DNA of 64,000 nucleotides from Selaginella moellendorffii (Eukaryota; Plantae; Lycopodiophyta): NCBI RefSeq assembly GCF_000143415.4, contig NW_003314289.1, positions 474,072 to 538,071 of the forward strand, read 5' to 3'. Shown piece by piece: positions 59,401 to 64,000 of this stretch (position 1 is its first letter; each line of letters starts with the position of its first letter). The notes under the pieces were generated by a model. It saw only the letters and a program-made list of their open reading frames with translations, ran no database searches and was not told where the DNA came from. The position numbers and the translations under genes were made by a program.

Positions 59401-61218
59401 TCTTGTAGTCCGGATCAAGTAAAGTGCTTGTGATAAAATCCTTGAGCACTATCTTTTGAACATGCTTTGGAGTTGTAGATGAGTTTCTCACAGTCTCTAT
59501 CTGCATTGCATCTTTGAAACGGTTGATTGAACTCCTTTGTATCCCTTCTTGCATTGGATGTGTGTGCGTGCCAATATGTACTGCAGCTCTACCAGCCTCT
59601 CCATCTCATGGAAGAAAATAGTACATCTTGGCCCCGCAGATGGCATGACATAATGGAGCATTCTTGCAAAATCGACACTTGAATCCAATACCAATGGTGT
59701 CACAGATGGGAGGATTGGTTGCAGATCCTTAAAAAAATGTGGAGTTTTTACCGCACTCTCGATTGCATGTTTTATTCACACAATCCAAATACCCACCACA
59801 ATGAACCATGGACACTGTGCCTTCGAAATGCTAGAAATATGTGGTCTTGATCTTGCACTAGTTGTGGACGTCTTGCTTCATTTCCATCCCCTTTTGTTTT
59901 GAGCTGACAAGAGGTGGTAGTTCAAAGAAGATATTGCCATTGTATGTAGATGGGAGCTCACTAATGGGCCTATGCAGAAAGGAACGCACGTCGATAGAGA
60001 GGCGGGAAAACTGGAAAGCATTGCAAACAACTTTGAATATCTGTAAAGTTGGAGTTTGGAAATTCTTGGCTCGCACTAGACTAAAATCTCCACTAGAACT
60101 AAAAAAGGAAGAAATGATGACGACTGACTCTTACTTCACATTCACTTTGGTAGGATCGCAGCCTCGCACTTTGATTGAAGATCCAAAAACTCGAATCTCC
60201 TTCGACTTGGAATGTTGCAATTCCCAATATTGTCCACCTTCACCTACACCCGAAAGAAGAAACTCCGATCGTTCAACTACACCAATGTTGTTGCGAATCA
60301 CAGCCTCCAATGAAATAGAACCGAGAAAAAGATCGAAACGTCGGCAAAGAAAACTTTCTGAAATAAAACTTTGGGAGAAAGAAAGCGGTGGGTGATCTTG
60401 GTAATGCAAAAGGAAACTCTCCATTTTGTTGCCTTTAGGTTTTGGAACTCTAAACTTTTATAAAGAAATGTCACCTCAAACATGTGCTATGCCATTATGT
60501 GAAAAGAAAGGGCGATTTTATTCTAGGATCTAACATTGAATAATGTTGTTATAATAAATTCTGTATAAAGTATATAGGACTATGTTGTACAATATTAAAA
60601 GTCTGTATATATTGAATTCAAAAACATGCTCAAATTTATTATATGGACTAACTTTTGGTAGAATGGAAAGAAATATCACGTCAAGCATGTGCTATAATAT
60701 AAAAGATAGGAATAATTTTATTCTAGGATCTACCATCAACCAACTGTTGCCAAACAAATTAAATATTGTACATATTTTCAGTACTTCATTAAAGCTAGAA
60801 ATCATCACATTCTTCTGAACTCATTTAAATTCCATCTTTGTACTACCATCTATCACCTATAGTAAATTATCTATATACATTACTTTGGAAATACCATCTT
60901 ACGATTTAATAATCTTATATTTTCTGACAAGATGCTATTACTTGTGAGAAACATATAATTCTCATTTATAATTTCGTACTGTGATCAATTCAACACATGC
61001 GTCTGTGACATTATTTCCACATTATGGCATAGTCATATTAGAGCACACCTCCATTCTTAAATTACAACTCAAAAGGACTTTGTCACGTGATCAAATTTAG
61101 GATGGAATAGAAATTATACATTGCTAGCAAATATTTGCAGAATGTAATGAAGATTTACTGCATCCATGATGAACGGCTGTGATGAAAGTGAGGTTAGGTT
61201 TAGAGCAGCTGCCGGCAT

Positions 61219-64000
61219 TAGGGTTTTATAGAAACTAAAGTGGGAGGTTGGGAGTGACTATAGGATCCATCGGCGTCGAACAGAATGCCGCCAAAAGTAA
61301 GTTTTTTACTCCTCCACTCCCTCTCCTCCACTCCCATGCCACGCCCAACACCACCGTGCCCACGCCACGCCCATGCCATGCCATGCCCAGCGCCGCCACT
61401 GCCTAGGGCCACTGCTGCACAGCACCGCCACTGCCCAGCACCGTCGCTGCCATGACCAGTGCCACCGCTGCCATTGTTGGTCCCGACCGCGGTCGGCCTA
61501 CACCCTGACCGCCGCCGACCGCGTTCGGCCGACCACGTTTGGACAGGTCCGTTCGTGGAAAAAAAAAATGTCGGGAAAAAAAAAAAATGGTGATCGTGCT
61601 TCGCGCTAGATTTCTGATGCTGCTGCGGCAAGGAGGGCATAGGAGCTGCGTGCGTACCTGCCTCTGTTTTCGATTGAGCATGGAGCAGCGCTGAGGCCTC
61701 ACAAATCAAATCGCCCAGTCTGCGATGCTTGAAGTTTTTGCCCTAAAATGAAAATTCAGTGATTCCAGAGATTTGATTGTAGAGATTCATAGCGATTCTG
61801 GCACAATTGAGCGATGGCGCCCGATTGGGCATGGTCCCATGTTACCAAGCTCACTCCTTATGCTTCCGGCAAAGGAGATGGGCGTTGGAAATGTAATTAT
61901 TGTGGTAAAATGTATGGCGGTTCACCGAAACGCATCAAGGTGCATCTTGCTAAAGTTTCTGGGCATGATATTGAAGCATGTAGTGCTTCAAACGTTCCTC
62001 TTCATGTTCAGAACCAAGCTCGCCGAATGTTTGTGGAGCAAATTGCAAATGCCCCTTTGTCTTTACCTTCTACAGCAAATCTACAGAGTAGGCATTTTGA
62101 TGGGGCATCTGCTTCTGGAGCTGGTACACAAAGTGCTAGTCAATCTCAGCCTATGAGTGCTTCTATAGGCCATGAGGGATCATCTGTTGATCGAAAGCGA
62201 ATGCGAGATGGCAATATTGAGGAAATGCTTGATGATGCAAGAAACATGAACTTAGATGATGCGATATCAAAGTTCATTTTCTTGAATGCTATACCATTTA
62301 ATGTTGTGAAAAGCTCATATTTTCATGCGATGATCGCAGCCGCTTGTAGTGCTAGACCTAGTGCTGCATCGAGGATTCTTGGTTACAAGAAGCTTCGTAC
62401 TACTCAACTCACTCGTCACTATACTTTAATCAAGGAGAAGTTAGCTCCCTTTCGTGATGGATGGGCTCGGTTTGGATGTACAATAGTGACTGATGGATGG
62501 TCTGATATAAAGAGTAGATCATTCATAAATTTCATGGTTACCTCTATCCATGGCTCAATATTTTGGCAGGGTATTGACACCAAAGGAGAAGAGAAGATTG
62601 GTCTTTGGCTTTGGGAGCAACTTAGACCCATCATTTTGGATGTTGGTGTTGAAAATGTTGTTCAAGTCATCACTGATAATGCTTCGAATTGTGTATCGAT
62701 GGGGGAACATATGAGAGAAGAATTCCCCTTTATCTTACACAATCGATGCGTGTGCCATGTTTTGGACTTATTATTGGAGGATATTGGGAAGTTTGATTGG
62801 GTGTCTAAGATCGTAAATGACTGTGAGAAGATCGTGAAGTTCATAACTGAGAAGCCGATGTTACTTGCTTTATTTCGAAAGTTCTGCTCTAGAGAACTCA
62901 TGAAGCTTGCGAAGACTCGATTCGCTTACATCTTTCTTATGGTCAGCTAGCTCCAGCATGAAGATGTTTTCCCGTGCCTTCGACGATTCATAGTGAGTGC
63001 AGAATTTGAATCGTCGAAGTGGTATAACACAAAGGATGCCAAAGATGTTCGTACAACAATTTTCAATGATGAATTTTGAAAGAATGCTTCAACTTTATTG
63101 GTTATGGTAGCTCCTATTTTGAAGGTGTTACGTCTTGCAGATCATGAGGGCGCAACAACAGGATTAATTTATGAAGCAATGTATTGTATGATTGAAGGAT
63201 TGGAGCTTGCAGCTCAAGATGGCAAGCTTGATGCAGATAAAATTGATGCAATTAAGTGTGTCTTGGTTGAAGACCAACATAGATGGAGAGCTCGATGGTT
63301 TATGATGCATAGCTCTATGCACAGCGCTGCACATGCTTTGAATCCTTCATACCTTGAGCAAGACTTGGATGCTGAGGTAAGAAGTGATTGGATGAATTAT
63401 TTATCACTCTATTGCTATGGGGACACTCAGCTGGAAGAGAAGTTAGATGAGCAATTCAATATGTTTCGACGAGGAATTGGAAGAGCTATCAATCAGGATT
63501 TGCCGAAGAGCAAAGCAAAAAGGAAATTCCCAGTGTCTTGGTGGGAATCCTATGGATATGAGATGCCTGAGCTCAGGAAGTTAGCACTTCGTGTGTTGAG
63601 CCAAGGAGTGTGCTCTTCTCCATGTGAGCGAAATTGGAGTAGCTGGAACTTGATCCAAACCAAACGACGCAATCGCTTGCTTCTAGAGAACTTGAAGAAG
63701 TTGGTTTATGTACACAGTAACACCAGAGTGGTGGATCGTATTGAAAGTGAAGGAATGAAGTTCCTAGAGATTGATCTCGACACAATTGCAATCGAACCAC
63801 AATGGATGAGGATTGTAGAGATGCAAGCTAGGCTTGAATCTCTTGGTATAAAAGATTTAGCCGAAGAAGATCTTCCAAATGAAGATGTGATTGTTGAGGA
63901 AGATGCCGGAGATGTCGAGGGACTTGCCGAAGATGTTGAAGAAGATGAGTAGCAGTTGGTTTGGTTTGGTCTAATGCTTTGGTTTGGTTTGGTTTGGTTT
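61219..64000 (+). mobile_element. hAT DNA transposon with inactivated transposase (61814-63952)
   Basis: BED finger (WKCNYC..H..C), DUF659-like core (VTDGWSD, VQVITDNA, RCVCHVLDL) and hATC dimerisation region (SWW..YG..PEL..SSPCERNWS). In-frame stops at 62948 and 63077. Putative TAGGGTTTT terminus and GC-rich subterminal repeats; (GGTTT)n at the window end. Confidence 0.88.

Larger units (their letters stand above)
53410..60424 (-). mobile_element. Intron-containing MULE-like transposase / SWIM zinc-finger gene, interrupted by a gypsy insertion
   Basis: HFDH..WTTMGAHMYD, QEIFW..FMADGVGANWNGVRAVFG..CEFYWAQSL; SWIM CTCPD (about 57300) completed by PCKHIYYIF (about 53530); stops present. Confidence 0.7.

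Overview
Eukaryotic, gene-dense plant genomic DNA with very short introns (about 48-70 nt), two N gaps and an intronless PLS-class PPR gene. This pattern suggests a lycophyte such as Selaginella (inference only). The first 22 kb holds mostly conserved genes: a membrane-anchored Kelch protein, peroxisomal HPR, an HD-ZIP IV factor with its paired 3'UTR elements, a small SGPIY-motif protein, a GT47 exostosin, an atypical kinase and two tandem NPP genes. The 22-49 kb region is a duplication mosaic rich in defence-like genes. It includes a CVNH-like secreted protein, a SCI1/PPR/unknown-protein block duplicated with reciprocal gene loss, a beta-defensin-pattern peptide, a kinase-less LRR receptor with a BRI1/BRL-like island, an F-box gene and a frameshifted glucuronokinase. 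An MTP6-like transporter and a tRNA-Ala relic follow. The last 11 kb is a transposon nest (solo LTR inside a truncated chromovirus inside a SWIM/MULE-like gene) plus a hAT element. Family calls rest on recalled motifs; no searches were run.
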